A DNA stretch of 64,000 bases. Origin: Candidatus Latescibacterota bacterium (GTDB lineage Bacteria > Latescibacterota > UBA2968 > UBA8231). A program made the position numbers and the translations under genes. Shown piece after piece: positions 50,651 to 60,934 of this stretch. The stretch spans positions 5,440,001 to 5,504,000 of the forward strand of contig CBDETY010000003.1 in the NCBI GenBank assembly GCA_965243025.1, in the 5' to 3' direction. Positions within the stretch are counted from its first letter, which is position 1. Each line of letters begins with the position of its first letter. The notes under the pieces were generated by a model that searched no databases, had not been told where the DNA came from, and saw only the letters and a list, made by a program, of their open reading frames with translations.

Positions 50651-51553
50651 TCATGATCGACAGGCGTCCCGCTTGCGTTCGAGTCGCTCGAGGAATTCCT
50701 CCAGCCACTCCTCCTCGCCGTGATGCCGGGCGAGCCTGGTCTGCAGATCGCGCTCGTCGTGGGCGTCCGATCCCCCCGTGGAAAAGAGGCCGTGCCCGAT
50801 GCAGTACTGCCGGTAGCGCGGGGTAAGCTCGGGCGGGACGGAACCGTGGGCGCATTCCATGCCGTCGGCCTGACAGGTGTCGACATAGGCATCGATCTTC
50901 GCTTCGTCATCTCCGACGTACCGGTAGGGATGTGCCAGGGTGACAAGGGCTCCGGATTGTTTCAGGGGAGGGACGACGCTGTCCACGCCGGGAAAGGGAG
51001 GAACGCTCACTTCCTCCTCCATTCTTTCCATCAGGGGACGCAGTTCGTCCGGACTGGAAATCAGGCCGCGGCCCCTGAGGTATCCCAGCCAGACGTCGAT
51101 CTGGCAGTCGGTGACGCCCTGAACGTCGACGACGGTCGCGGGACGGTACGAGCGAAGGAGCTGCAGGTAGTCCTCCCCGGTGACCTCGAGACCCAGGGCA
51201 TTGAGCCCCTTCCATCTTGCCTCGCCGGTTTCACGCTGAAAGTCCCGGTAGGTCTCGAGGACACCTGCCAGAAGCCCGGAATCGTCCCGTTGAAGCCCGA
51301 AGCAGAGGAGATCGACGCGGCTGCGGTGAGGTGTGGATACGGTGAACTCGGCGGCTGGGATGGCTCGCACATCCGGATAGCCGCGGCCCGCTTCTTCGAT
51401 CCGGTCTGCCCCGTCCAGGACCATGTGGTCGGTAATGGCGATGCAGCGCACGCCCCTCGACCGGGCGTGCTGAAAGCAGCTTTCCAGGGAGTTGAAGGCG
51501 TCGTAGCTCCAGTGCGTGTGCAGATGAAGGTCGTATGAGAGGTTCCGGAGCAT
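50651..51553 (-). CDS. PHP domain metal-dependent phosphoesterase
   Basis: DLHLHT, ITDH, AHP, GGSDAH. Confidence 0.9.
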   Translation of the reverse strand: MLRNLSYDLHLHTHWSYDAFNSLESCFQHARSRGVRCIAITDHMVLDGADRIEEAGRGYPDVRAIPAAEFTVSTPHRSRVDLLCFGLQRDDSGLLAGVLETYRDFQRETGEARWKGLNALGLEVTGEDYLQLLRSYRPATVVDVQGVTDCQIDVWLGYLRGRGLISSPDELRPLMERMEEEVSVPPFPGVDSVVPPLKQSGALVTLAHPYRYVGDDEAKIDAYVDTCQADGMECAHGSVPPELTPRYRQYCIGHGLFSTGGSDAHDERDLQTRLARHHGEEEWLEEFLERLERKRDACRS

Positions 51554-51789
51554 CCGGCGCGCTTATTTTGTCCGACTACGGGAATTACAGGAAACTCGAA
51601 ATCCTCAGTTGTCCGGTCCGCCAGGGCTCTGCCGCGCGGGAAACACCCCTCCGCCCGCGGCTGCCCGGTTTCCCCGGGCGCGACCGTGGAAGTTCAAACC
51701 CCGGCGGCTTGTTCCCGGCCTGATGAGCAGCTAAGATAGCTCCTCCTCGCCAATCACTTCGCAACTCTACAACAGCAAGGGAAAGTTCC

Positions 51790-53421
51790 ATGGCCATATC
51801 CAAGCACGGACTCAGGCATCGACCCACCGTAATGGGCAGGCGCGGCATGGTCGCCGCCGCCAACCCCCTCGGCTCGCTGGCCGGGCTGCGCATCCTCATG
51901 CAGGGCGGCAACGCCGTCGACGCCGCAGTGGCGACCGCCGCCGCCCTCAACGTTGCCGAGCCCTACATGTCGGGGATCGGGGGGGTCGGGTACATGCACA
52001 TTTACAGCGCCCGGGACCGGGAGCACAAGGTGCTCGACTACATCGGGCTGACTCCCGCCGCCGCGGACCTTTCCCTGTTCGACGCGGAGAAGCAGGGGAG
52101 CGGTCCCCTGTCCCCCGTCGTTCCCGGCGCCTGCGGAGGCTGGCTCGAGGCCCTGCGCAAGTACGGGACCATGGATCCCGAGACGGTGTTCGCCCCGGCG
52201 ATCGAGCACGCCGAGCAGGGGATCGCCCTGACGGTCAGCAACAACTTCTTCTTCGAAGCCTGCGAACCGGCCCTGTCGCAGTACCCCTCCTCGGCTTCCA
52301 ACTACCTGGTGAACGGGCGCCCCCCCCTGCCGGGAGACGTGCTCGTGCAGAGGGATCTCGCCGAGACCTTCCGCGCCGTCTGCCGGTCGGGGCCCGAGGT
52401 GTTCTACAAGGGGGAGATCGGCGAGATGACCGCCGCCTTCCTCGCCGAGGTCGGGGGGGTGATCACCAGGGAGGACCTCGCCGGCTTCGAGCCGGTCTGG
52501 GTCGACCCGGTATGCATCGACTACCGCGGCTACAGGGTCTGGGCGCCCCCGCCCCCCTGCCAGGCGGTGCAGTACCTCGAGACCCTCAACATCATGGAGG
52601 GGTACGACGTCGCCGCCATGGGGCACAACACCCCCGAAACCCTACACACCTTCCTCGAAGCGGTGAAGCTGGCGATCGCCGACCGGGCCGAGTACACGGC
52701 CATCGAAAACCCGCCGACCTCGGGCCTGTTGTCCAAGGAGTTCGCGGCGAAGCGCAGGGAGCTGATCGGCGACCGGGCGCAGCCCTGCGGGGGCGATCTC
52801 TACACTGCGGAGAAGATGGAGAACGAGGTTGTCGCAGGGGATCCCTACCCCTATGTGCTCAACGAGTGCACGACCCACTTCGACACCGTCGACGCCGACG
52901 GCAACGCCGTCGCCTGCACGCAGAGTCTGGGCAGCGGGTTCGGCTCGTCGATGGTGGTGCCGGGCACCGGGGTGACGCTCAACAACTTCATGAACTGGTT
53001 CGACCTCGAGCCGAAGAGCCCGAACGCCATCGGTCCGTTGAAGAAGAACGAGATGTGCATGTCCCCGGTTCAGGTCTGGGACGACGGCGGCCTGCGCCTG
53101 CTGATCGGTACTCCGGGAAGCCACGGGATCCTGCAGACGACGCCGCAGATGATCATGAACGTCCTCGACCACGACATGAACGTGCAGGCGGCGATCGAGG
53201 CGCCGCGCGCCAAGACCCAGAGTGGCTACCAGATCGGCGCCGAGGACCGCATCGGCGAGGAGGTCTTCGCCCGGCTCGAGGAGCGGGGGCACGAGATCGA
53301 ACGCCTGGGAGACTGGACCGTCGGCGTGGGAGGGGGGCAGGGGATCATGATCGACCCCGACAGCGGCTCCTTCACGGGCGGGGCCGACCCCAGGCGGGAC
53401 GGCTATGCGCTGGGGTGGTGA
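51790..53421 (+). CDS. ggt: Gamma-glutamyltransferase family protein
   Basis: GGNAVDAAVA, catalytic TTHF, GFGS, LNN, GADPRRDG. Confidence 0.95.
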   Translation: MAISKHGLRHRPTVMGRRGMVAAANPLGSLAGLRILMQGGNAVDAAVATAAALNVAEPYMSGIGGVGYMHIYSARDREHKVLDYIGLTPAAADLSLFDAEKQGSGPLSPVVPGACGGWLEALRKYGTMDPETVFAPAIEHAEQGIALTVSNNFFFEACEPALSQYPSSASNYLVNGRPPLPGDVLVQRDLAETFRAVCRSGPEVFYKGEIGEMTAAFLAEVGGVITREDLAGFEPVWVDPVCIDYRGYRVWAPPPPCQAVQYLETLNIMEGYDVAAMGHNTPETLHTFLEAVKLAIADRAEYTAIENPPTSGLLSKEFAAKRRELIGDRAQPCGGDLYTAEKMENEVVAGDPYPYVLNECTTHFDTVDADGNAVACTQSLGSGFGSSMVVPGTGVTLNNFMNWFDLEPKSPNAIGPLKKNEMCMSPVQVWDDGGLRLLIGTPGSHGILQTTPQMIMNVLDHDMNVQAAIEAPRAKTQSGYQIGAEDRIGEEVFARLEERGHEIERLGDWTVGVGGGQGIMIDPDSGSFTGGADPRRDGYALGW

Positions 53422-53426
53422 GCCGC

Positions 53427-54149
53427 TCACCCGCGCCGTTGCCCCGGGGCCCCGCAGGCGGCGGCGAACTCGGCGGAGGTGCTGGTGTAGCCGATGATGT
53501 GCTCGAAGTTGCGGAACACGATCCTGCGCAGCCATCCCCCCTCCTCGAGGCGGTCGTCCGCGGTGTCGGCGTACTCTCCCGAGTGCGTGCAGTCCCGCAG
53601 CACGATCACCCGGTAGTTGTGCTCGACCGCTCCGGCGGCGGTCTGGTAGAGGCAGGCCCGCTGGCTGAACCCTACGGCGATCAGGGTCGCGATGCCGCGG
53701 CAGCGCAGGTGGTAGTCGGTGTGGGTCTCGTGGAACCCCGACCACTCCCGCTTGGGGAAATCCGGTTCGTGCGGCAGCGGCCGGATCGAAGGTGAGTAAT
53801 CCGGCTTGACGGGGGTGCGGACCGGGGCCGGCCGCTCCGCAGCCCCGGGAATGCCCCAGCGCGTTCCGTGCAGCTCGCGCTTGATGCTGCCAGGCTCGTC
53901 GACGAGCGAGAAGTCGTTGTGGATGAAGAAGACGTGCATTCCGGCCCTGCGCGCCGCTGCCAGGGCCGGGGCGATCCCCTCCTCCACGTGCGGGTTCCCC
54001 GAGCCGCAGTCGCTGTCGACGATCATGAAAGCCGTGCGCTCCAGCTCGAGATCGAGGGCGGCGAAGCGGTGCCCTTCCTCCTCGTACCGCTGTCCGTTGT
54101 AGTTGCCCGGCGGGCCGAACCAGCGCACCGGCAGTTTCAGGGTCGTCAT
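53427..54149 (-). CDS. Isochorismatase-family cysteine hydrolase
   Basis: AFMIVD, K..WSGF, GFSQRAC, V.VLRDCT. Confidence 0.85.
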   Translation of the reverse strand: MTTLKLPVRWFGPPGNYNGQRYEEEGHRFAALDLELERTAFMIVDSDCGSGNPHVEEGIAPALAAARRAGMHVFFIHNDFSLVDEPGSIKRELHGTRWGIPGAAERPAPVRTPVKPDYSPSIRPLPHEPDFPKREWSGFHETHTDYHLRCRGIATLIAVGFSQRACLYQTAAGAVEHNYRVIVLRDCTHSGEYADTADDRLEEGGWLRRIVFRNFEHIIGYTSTSAEFAAACGAPGQRRG

Positions 54150-54159
54150 GGGGCTGTTC

Positions 54160-55506
54160 CTATCGGAACCATGAGGGTTTGGGTGTCGCCGGCGGCCAGT
54201 AGCCGCCTGGGTTTTCGTCCCACTCACGGCCGCACATTCGCGAGATGACCACCCATTCCGCGGCGGTCAGGTGGCCGTGGTTGTGGAAGAGGAAGCGCTT
54301 CAGCCCGGCTTCCTCGGAGGCGGCGAGAATGCGCTGCAGGTCGCCGGCGGTCATCGGATCTCCGGCGTGCGGCATGCGCCCGGTGTCCACCCAGGGCATG
54401 ATTTTTGCGGGGTCCTCGACCGCGGCGAGGGCGCGCCGGGTTTCCCGCTGCACCACATCGTCGAAGAAGGCCTGGGGAAACCCGAGCTCGAGGTCGGCGA
54501 GGCTCTCCACCTCGGGCAGCTCGATCCCCATCCAGGCGCGCAGGACGGTCCAGCAGTCCTCCTCGGCCAGCTCCGGATTCCATTCGGCGATCTGCCTGAT
54601 CCAGCGCGCGACGGTTCCGTACATGCCGTCGAAGCCGCGGTGCCAGAAGTAGTGCTTCACCAGCAGGATGTCGACGATCCCGTCCCAGGCGTGGAAGTCG
54701 AGGGCGGTCATCCCCGAGAACATCGCCGAGCGCGGACCGTTTCCGAGCAACAGCTTGCGCGGCATGCCGTCGAGCTCCTCGCGGAACGCCCGGCCCTCGC
54801 GAAGGCCGTCCTCGCGGCGCCAGCGCAGCCAGTAGAGGGCGTCCTCGTCGATGTCGAACAGGTTCATCCCCGACAGGACCCCGCCGTCGGCGCAGTAGCG
54901 GACCTGGGACCGGGTGAAGCTGCCGAAGCGCCGGTGCAGGTGCCCGCGGCCGCGCTCGAGACGCGCTGAATCGTAGCCCCGCACCTCGGCCGCTTCCTTC
55001 TGCGACTCGTTCATCTCGCGGAACACGGCGTTGCCGTGGTGGTAGACGAGCTCGTACGCCGATTCCGTCCAGCCGTCCATGATGCCGCCGTCCGCTTCCG
55101 GAAAGGCGGCGAACACGTCCTCCCAGACCGCCCCGTGCATGCGGGCGCGGTAGGGGTCTTCGGCCGGGGGCAGGGCGGCCGCCTCGGCGGTTCCGAAGCC
55201 CGGGCAGAAGATCATCACCCCCCAGCCGCGGCGCCTTGCATCCTCGAGCATCGCGTGCAGGAGGCGTTCCTTTCCCGGGTCGCATGCGACGTCGCGGCGG
55301 GAGACATCGAGCCCGCGCGCGCGGTACGGCTCGAGGCTGCTCTCGAATGCGGGGACCGTGAAGTTCCCGTCGTCGTCGGCGAACAGCAGGCGCCCGAAGA
55401 CCAGGCCGCGGATGCCGCCCGCTTCCCAGGCGTCGAAGACGCGCTGGTAATCCTCCATCACCGCTTCCAGCGGCTGGCCGATCCGGATCCAGGGTATCAG
55501 TGCCAT
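54160..55506 (-). CDS. Hypothetical protein (possible TIM barrel)
   Basis: 448 aa ORF with GGAGG RBS and host-like codon usage; overlaps upstream of the isochorismatase gene. Confidence 0.7.
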   Translation of the reverse strand: MALIPWIRIGQPLEAVMEDYQRVFDAWEAGGIRGLVFGRLLFADDDGNFTVPAFESSLEPYRARGLDVSRRDVACDPGKERLLHAMLEDARRRGWGVMIFCPGFGTAEAAALPPAEDPYRARMHGAVWEDVFAAFPEADGGIMDGWTESAYELVYHHGNAVFREMNESQKEAAEVRGYDSARLERGRGHLHRRFGSFTRSQVRYCADGGVLSGMNLFDIDEDALYWLRWRREDGLREGRAFREELDGMPRKLLLGNGPRSAMFSGMTALDFHAWDGIVDILLVKHYFWHRGFDGMYGTVARWIRQIAEWNPELAEEDCWTVLRAWMGIELPEVESLADLELGFPQAFFDDVVQRETRRALAAVEDPAKIMPWVDTGRMPHAGDPMTAGDLQRILAASEEAGLKRFLFHNHGHLTAAEWVVISRMCGREWDENPGGYWPPATPKPSWFR

Positions 55507-55596
55507 GAGGGGGCCTCCTGTCGTCCCATGTCCCGCGGCAAATGAAAAAGCCGCTCCATGAGAAGAAGCGGCTTCCGGTGCCGGCCCGGGGAGGCG

Positions 55597-56319
55597 TCAG
55601 TCGCCGCCCCGGTCTCCGGCCGTCTCGTATTCTTCGTCCCAGCTCTCCTCATCGCCGGCAATGGGGGGATCGTCGACCTCCACCGTGTCGACCGCGGTGG
55701 TATCGGCCGCATCCGCCTCGCCGTGCCAGCCGGCGCGAATCCTTTCAAGCTCCAGCCGCTGCTCGACCGTCAGCATGGCTTCGAAGGCCCTCCGGTGTTC
55801 CTCGAGCAGGCCGATGGCGTCTGCGAAACCGGATTCCTCCTCCTCGGCGGCGTAGCGGGCCCGCTGCCGCTGCAGGAGGTCGAGCCAGCGGCGCTGCTGC
55901 TCTTCCGTGAGCTCCAGGGCGTCGATCAGGTAACCCGGCTTCATCCCCCCCGGGGGAGCGGGGATCATGCGCTCCTCGATGAACTCCCGGGCCCGCTCCA
56001 GGAACAGGCGCTGGTCCTCCGACAGAATGCGGTCCCGTTCGGCGGTATGCGCCCCAAGCGCCCGGCGAAACCGCTCCCGCCCCTGTTCAGGGGAAAGCAC
56101 TCCTGCGTCGACCAGCCGTCTCACCGCCTCCACCTCACGCTCGAGGGCGGAGCGCAGATTCCGCAGGCCGGTTTCCTGGGTCTCCGTCAGGTTGAGAGCG
56201 TGCCGCACCCGCTGGCGGAAGCGCTCCGGGTCGAAGCCCTCACCCCCGTCCTCTCCAGGCTGCGGACGGGCCGGGGAGAAACCGGCGAGCAGCAGCAGCG
56301 GGATCAGTATGCGTGTCAT
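55597..56319 (-). CDS. Exported helical protein, Spy/CpxP (LTxxQ)-like
   Basis: Signal peptide; four LTxxQ/LSxxQ motifs. Confidence 0.65.
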   Translation of the reverse strand: MTRILIPLLLLAGFSPARPQPGEDGGEGFDPERFRQRVRHALNLTETQETGLRNLRSALEREVEAVRRLVDAGVLSPEQGRERFRRALGAHTAERDRILSEDQRLFLERAREFIEERMIPAPPGGMKPGYLIDALELTEEQQRRWLDLLQRQRARYAAEEEESGFADAIGLLEEHRRAFEAMLTVEQRLELERIRAGWHGEADAADTTAVDTVEVDDPPIAGDEESWDEEYETAGDRGGD

Positions 56320-56485
56320 TTTTCGCGAGTCAAAATCGCCGCGAAAGCAGCGGGAGGCGCGCCGCCCGGATTCGGGCTGTGCGTCGTTTTGGACCGTTGC
56401 CCGGGCGACGTCGATGAATATACGCAGGGGGGTGAAACTTGAACGAGTCCCATGCAGCACTGACATTCTGGCCCAGGGTTTTTCG

Positions 56486-58153
56486 ATGAATGAACACCTC
56501 CCGGCGCTGGGGCGCCTCTGTTTTCGCCTTCCCCCGGAGCGCATGTCCGAGTTCGAGAGCGCCTTCGAGAGCAGGCTGCTGCCGCGGTTGAAAGACCGCG
56601 GTCTCACCCCCGCAGCGGATCTCGGCCGCCCCACCGTTTCCGGGATCTTTCACCGGCTTTTCTCTCTCGGTGGGACCCGTGAGGTAGCGCGGGTCCGCCG
56701 CGATCTTGAAGGAGACGCGGACTGGACCGCGGCGCTCGACGACATCGGGGGGGATCTCGGGGCGGCGATTTCCTGCACTTTCCACAGCTACCGGGCCGTC
56801 GGGGTGGAGGGGCGCCCCGTCGATGTCGACGAATCGACCGAGGGCCGCTGGACGACCTACACCACCGCCAACCTCGTTTCCGGCGACCTCGTCACCTGTA
56901 TCCTGCGCGACAGCCGGCAGCGGTTCTGGTTTACGACCGCCCACGCCGGCACCACCCTGTTCGACGGCAACCAGTGGCAGGACTTCGAACCGGAGACCGG
57001 GCTGCCGATCGACCGCTGCTGGGCCCTGTTCGAGGACAGCGAGGGAGGGATCTGGTTCGGATCTCACCGCAGCGGGGTTACCCGGTTCCACGGCGACAGC
57101 TGGATGTCGTTCACGCAGGAGGACGGGTTGCCCAGCAACAGCGTGATTTCGGGGTACCAGGACAGGCAGGGCAGGCTCTGGTTCGGATCGGACGTGTCGG
57201 AAACCGGGGAGGGGATCGCCTGCCTGGACGGCACGGACTGGACCCATATCACGGTCGCCGACGGTCTCGCCGACAACCGCGTCAAGTGGATCACGCAGGA
57301 CCGCGACAACCGCCACTGGATCGGCACCGCCGGAGGGGTCTCGACCTGTGACGGATCCCGGTGGCAGACCTACGATACCGGGGACGGGCTGCCCGGGAAC
57401 TGGGTCGAGTCGATTCTGCAGGATCGCGAAGGAGACATGTGGGTCGCCACCGACCGCGGCCTGGCCCATTTCGACGGCGTCGGGTGGACGGGGTACACCG
57501 CCCAGGACGGACTCCCCGGAAGCTGGGTGACGGCGGCCTTCCAGGACAGCCGCGACATCCTCTGGTTCGGGACCCTGAACGCCGGCGTCTGCTGCTTCGA
57601 CGGGGAGACCTTCCAGACCCTCGATCACGAGGACGGTCTTTCCGGCGACGCCGTCTGGTGGATCTACGAGGACGAACTCGGGGATCTCTGGTTCGCCACC
57701 GACGGCGGGGTGTCGCGCTACCGTCCGCCGGAGCCGGATCCCCCGGCGGTGAAGCTGATCGCGGTCACCGCCGACCGGCGCTACGAGCAGTTCGACAACC
57801 TCGTGCTGCCGACGTCGGCCGACCTCGTTGCCTTCGAGTTCGACGGGGAGAGCGCGCACACCCGTCACAGCGGCCTGGTGTACCGCCACCGACTCATCGG
57901 CCGCGACGAGGCCTGGCGCACCACGTACCGGCGCCGGGCCGAGTACACCTACCTCGAGCCGGGCACCTACAAGTTCCAGGTTCAGGTCGTGGACCAGCTC
58001 CTCGACTACTCTCCCATACTCGAGACCGGGTTCACCGTGCAGGATCCCCAGGAGGACCGCATCGGCGAGCTCGAGGCCAGCGTGACCGAGCTGTCGCGCC
58101 GGCTCGATGAGGCGAACCGCCGCCTGGGAGAGGCCGGTCTGCCCCAGGTCTGA
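56486..58153 (+). CDS. Two-component-regulator beta-propeller protein with Y_Y_Y domain and no output domain
   Basis: Repeated QDxxGxLWFGT / DGL motifs; YRHRL.G.D..W...YTYLEPGTYKFQV; ends in a short coiled coil. Confidence 0.8.
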   Translation: MNEHLPALGRLCFRLPPERMSEFESAFESRLLPRLKDRGLTPAADLGRPTVSGIFHRLFSLGGTREVARVRRDLEGDADWTAALDDIGGDLGAAISCTFHSYRAVGVEGRPVDVDESTEGRWTTYTTANLVSGDLVTCILRDSRQRFWFTTAHAGTTLFDGNQWQDFEPETGLPIDRCWALFEDSEGGIWFGSHRSGVTRFHGDSWMSFTQEDGLPSNSVISGYQDRQGRLWFGSDVSETGEGIACLDGTDWTHITVADGLADNRVKWITQDRDNRHWIGTAGGVSTCDGSRWQTYDTGDGLPGNWVESILQDREGDMWVATDRGLAHFDGVGWTGYTAQDGLPGSWVTAAFQDSRDILWFGTLNAGVCCFDGETFQTLDHEDGLSGDAVWWIYEDELGDLWFATDGGVSRYRPPEPDPPAVKLIAVTADRRYEQFDNLVLPTSADLVAFEFDGESAHTRHSGLVYRHRLIGRDEAWRTTYRRRAEYTYLEPGTYKFQVQVVDQLLDYSPILETGFTVQDPQEDRIGELEASVTELSRRLDEANRRLGEAGLPQV

Positions 58154-58168
58154 CAACCCGCAGCAAAC

Positions 58169-58204
58169 AAAAAAAAACCGGACGCGCCGCTGCGACGCGC
58201 CCGG
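58169..58204 (-). terminator. Rho-independent terminator
   Basis: CCGGGCGCG-N9-CGCGTCCGG followed by T9 on the minus strand. Confidence 0.8.
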
Positions 58205-58465
58205 GATACCTCGGGAACCGGCGGGTAAGGCCGGTTCCGTCCAGGTGGTCGACCACCTGGTGAATCGAAGGTCAGGTGGTCGACCTCCTTAAGGGTATAC
58301 TACTACTCACAGACCACCTCCTTTCTTCTCGGCTCCGGGCCTTTGGCGGTTTACGGTGCCTCGAACCCGTGCTCGTTCAGGTCGGCCGGCGCAGCGTCAC
58401 GAGTTGAAAGACCGGCCTTTCGGCGGGATGCCAGAACGGAAACGGCCCTCGTTCCCGTTTGTGTA
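58169..58465 (-). ncRNA. Candidate structured small RNA or micro-peptide transcript
   Basis: Bounded by its own promoter and terminator; several hairpins; strong SD before a 12-codon ORF. Confidence 0.5.
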
Positions 58466-58471
58466 TTCCCC

Positions 58472-58501
58472 AATATACACAGGGCGGAAAAACAGAGTCA
58501 A
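58472..58501 (-). promoter_or_regulatory. Sigma-70 promoter
   Basis: TTGACT-N18-TATATT with TG upstream of the -10. Confidence 0.65.
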
Positions 58502-58565
58502 CCGCTTTTAACCAGCCCCTGACCACATCGCTGCAAATCCTCGCAACTCAAAGTCCCGCAATTCG

Positions 58566-59456
58566 TTACCGGTTCCACGCCTCGACGTTGGCCGAGAGCC
58601 CGAGCGCGAACTGGCGGCCGGCGGGAAAGTTTCTCCCCCCGAGGCTCTGGCGGACCGCCAGCTCGAGGACTGAGTTTCCGGGCAGCGACAGGGACAGCGC
58701 CGGCGCCAGGTAGGTGATCCGCTTCACCTGTGTCCTGCTGGGAAAGCCGAAGTCCGTACCGGTGAGGCCGCGCAGCACCTGCAGCTTGAGCGCCAGGCCG
58801 ATCCGGCTCCCGGCCTTTCCCCCGGCTTCGAGGTCGATCATCCACTCGTCCCCGGGATCGCGCAGGATCTCCTCGTTTTCGGTACGCACCCGGTAGCCCA
58901 CGCCGGCGTTCGCGTACAGCGGCAGCGGCCAGAAGGAACGGCCCGCCTGCAGGATGAAGTCGAAGTCCCACTGGCCTTCGCCGACCGGTATCAGTCCGTC
59001 CTCGTTGCGGAACTCCCCTGTCGGCATTTTGACGGCGGCCTTCACAGTTACGACAGCCGGGGCCTGAAGCGCCCGCCACTTCGCCAGCAGCCGCAGGTCG
59101 CTGAAACCGCTGTCTCCCACCGGATCGAGGTGCGTGTCGTCGTCGAACTGCTGGTCGAACCAGGGCACCTGCAGGCCGAGGTCGAGACGGTCGCTGGCGC
59201 CGAGAAATCCCTCGACGAACACCGCCCTCGAGTCGTACTCGCCGTTGAAGCGGTACGGCCGCCGGCTCCCGGCATCGTGCATTGTTCCCGTGAATTCCGG
59301 GGCGTTGATGTACCACTCCCGGGCGTGCTGCCGGAACCAGGTGATCTTGCCCCAGGCGCTGCCGGCGGGGAGGGTCCAGGCGCCGGCAGCGGCCGCGTCG
59401 GGAACGAGAATCCCCGCCGCGGCAGCCAACATTACCGCCCACTGCTTCCCATGCAT
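58566..59456 (-). CDS. Putative outer-membrane beta-barrel (MetA-pathway transporter-like)
   Basis: Signal peptide; GFSDL.L..K, KMPTG, GEGQWD; alternating amphipathic strands. Confidence 0.65.
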   Translation of the reverse strand: MHGKQWAVMLAAAAGILVPDAAAAGAWTLPAGSAWGKITWFRQHAREWYINAPEFTGTMHDAGSRRPYRFNGEYDSRAVFVEGFLGASDRLDLGLQVPWFDQQFDDDTHLDPVGDSGFSDLRLLAKWRALQAPAVVTVKAAVKMPTGEFRNEDGLIPVGEGQWDFDFILQAGRSFWPLPLYANAGVGYRVRTENEEILRDPGDEWMIDLEAGGKAGSRIGLALKLQVLRGLTGTDFGFPSRTQVKRITYLAPALSLSLPGNSVLELAVRQSLGGRNFPAGRQFALGLSANVEAWNR

Positions 59457-59635
59457 CGATCCGCGACCTCTCGAGCGTTCGTTTCCAGGACCGAAGAGCC
59501 GGCCTGAAAGAACTCCGGCCCTTCGTTCCGTTTCGCCGCCCGGCCGGGGAACGGGTAAATTGCCCGACCCCGCCGGCACGGCGACTTTCTTGTTACCGCA
59601 GGCAACCTCCCCGGAAACAACATACCTCCTTTCCC

Positions 59636-60934
59636 ATGCACCTGCTGACCCTCGGACTCAACCACGCCACCGCCCCTGTGGAGACGCGCGAACAGCTCGC
59701 TTTTTCCCCCGAGGCCCAGACCGAGGTGATGAAGCGGCTCGTCAGCGGGTACGGCGTCGAGGAGGCGGCGGTGCTGTGCACCTGCAACCGCTCCGAGATC
59801 TACGCGGTCAGCGGCGACCTCCACGGCCTCGACGGGGTGCGCCGCTATCTGTCGAGCGAGCAGGACGTCGACCTGGCGGCGCTTTCACCCTGCCTCTACG
59901 AGTTCGCCGACGCCGACGCCGCCATGCACCTGTTCCGGGTCGCCTGCGGCATCGACTCCCTGGTCACCGGGGAGTCGCAGATTCTCGGGCAGGTGCGCGA
60001 GGCCCTGGAGCGGGCGCAGCGGACGCGGACGGCGCGGCGCTTCATCAACGAGGTGTTTCAGCGCGCCCTCAGGGCGGGGAAGCGGGCGCGCAGCGAGACC
60101 GACATCGGCCGCGGCCGCCTGTCGGTCAGCAGCGCCGCGGTCGAGCTGGCGGGGCAGATCTTCGACCGCCTCGAAGGCCGCTCGGCGCTGCTCCTCGGAG
60201 CGGGAGAGATGATCGAGCTCACCGTCCGCTACCTCGTCGCCAGCGGCATCGAGCGTTTCCTGGTCGCCAACAGGACCTTCGAGCGGGCAAGGGAGCTCTC
60301 GGGCCGCTTCGGCGGCGAGGCGGTTCCGTTCGCCGAAGTCGGCGCCCGCCTCGAGCAGGTCGACATCGTCATCTCCTCGACCGCCGCTCCCGGTTTCGTC
60401 ATCACCCCGGAGATGATCCACGAGGCGATGCACCGCCGCCGCGGGCGGCCGCTGTTCCTGATCGACATCGCCGTGCCGCGCGACGTCGACCCGGCCGTGC
60501 GCGACGTCGACAACCTGTTCCTGTTCGACATCGACGACCTCGAGGGGGTCGTAGAGGCCAACCGCAGCGAGCGCGAGCGGGAGATCTGCCAGGTGCAGGA
60601 AGTCATCGACAGCGAGCACCGCGAATTCGTGCACTGGCTCAACGCCCTCGAAACCGGCCCCCTGGTCAAGTCGCTGCGGCGCCACGCCGACGACCTGCGC
60701 CGCCAGGAGCTCGACCGCTGGATGGCCAGGCTCTCCCACCTGTCCGACGAGGACCGCGAAACCATGGAAGCGGCGCTGCGAGGGTACGCCAACAAGCTGC
60801 TTCACCACCCCCTCGTGGAGATCCGCAACCTCGCCGGGGAGGAAGACGGGCACGTCCGTCTGGAAACGGTGCGGCGGCTGTTCGGGCTCGACCGCCTCGA
60901 AGGGGACGACGCCGGCGGAGAGAAAGACCGGTGA
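59636..60934 (+). CDS. hemA: Glutamyl-tRNA reductase
   Basis: GLNH.TAPV..RE, TCNR.EIY, GESQILGQV, GAGEM, DIAVPRD. Confidence 0.97.
   Translation: MHLLTLGLNHATAPVETREQLAFSPEAQTEVMKRLVSGYGVEEAAVLCTCNRSEIYAVSGDLHGLDGVRRYLSSEQDVDLAALSPCLYEFADADAAMHLFRVACGIDSLVTGESQILGQVREALERAQRTRTARRFINEVFQRALRAGKRARSETDIGRGRLSVSSAAVELAGQIFDRLEGRSALLLGAGEMIELTVRYLVASGIERFLVANRTFERARELSGRFGGEAVPFAEVGARLEQVDIVISSTAAPGFVITPEMIHEAMHRRRGRPLFLIDIAVPRDVDPAVRDVDNLFLFDIDDLEGVVEANRSEREREICQVQEVIDSEHREFVHWLNALETGPLVKSLRRHADDLRRQELDRWMARLSHLSDEDRETMEAALRGYANKLLHHPLVEIRNLAGEEDGHVRLETVRRLFGLDRLEGDDAGGEKDR

Noticed and set aside
58345-58385. 6S RNA call from the CCTGAAC...GGGTTCGAGG hairpin
   Set aside because: Could not find the long closing stem pairing the 5' and 3' ends; needs a covariance model search
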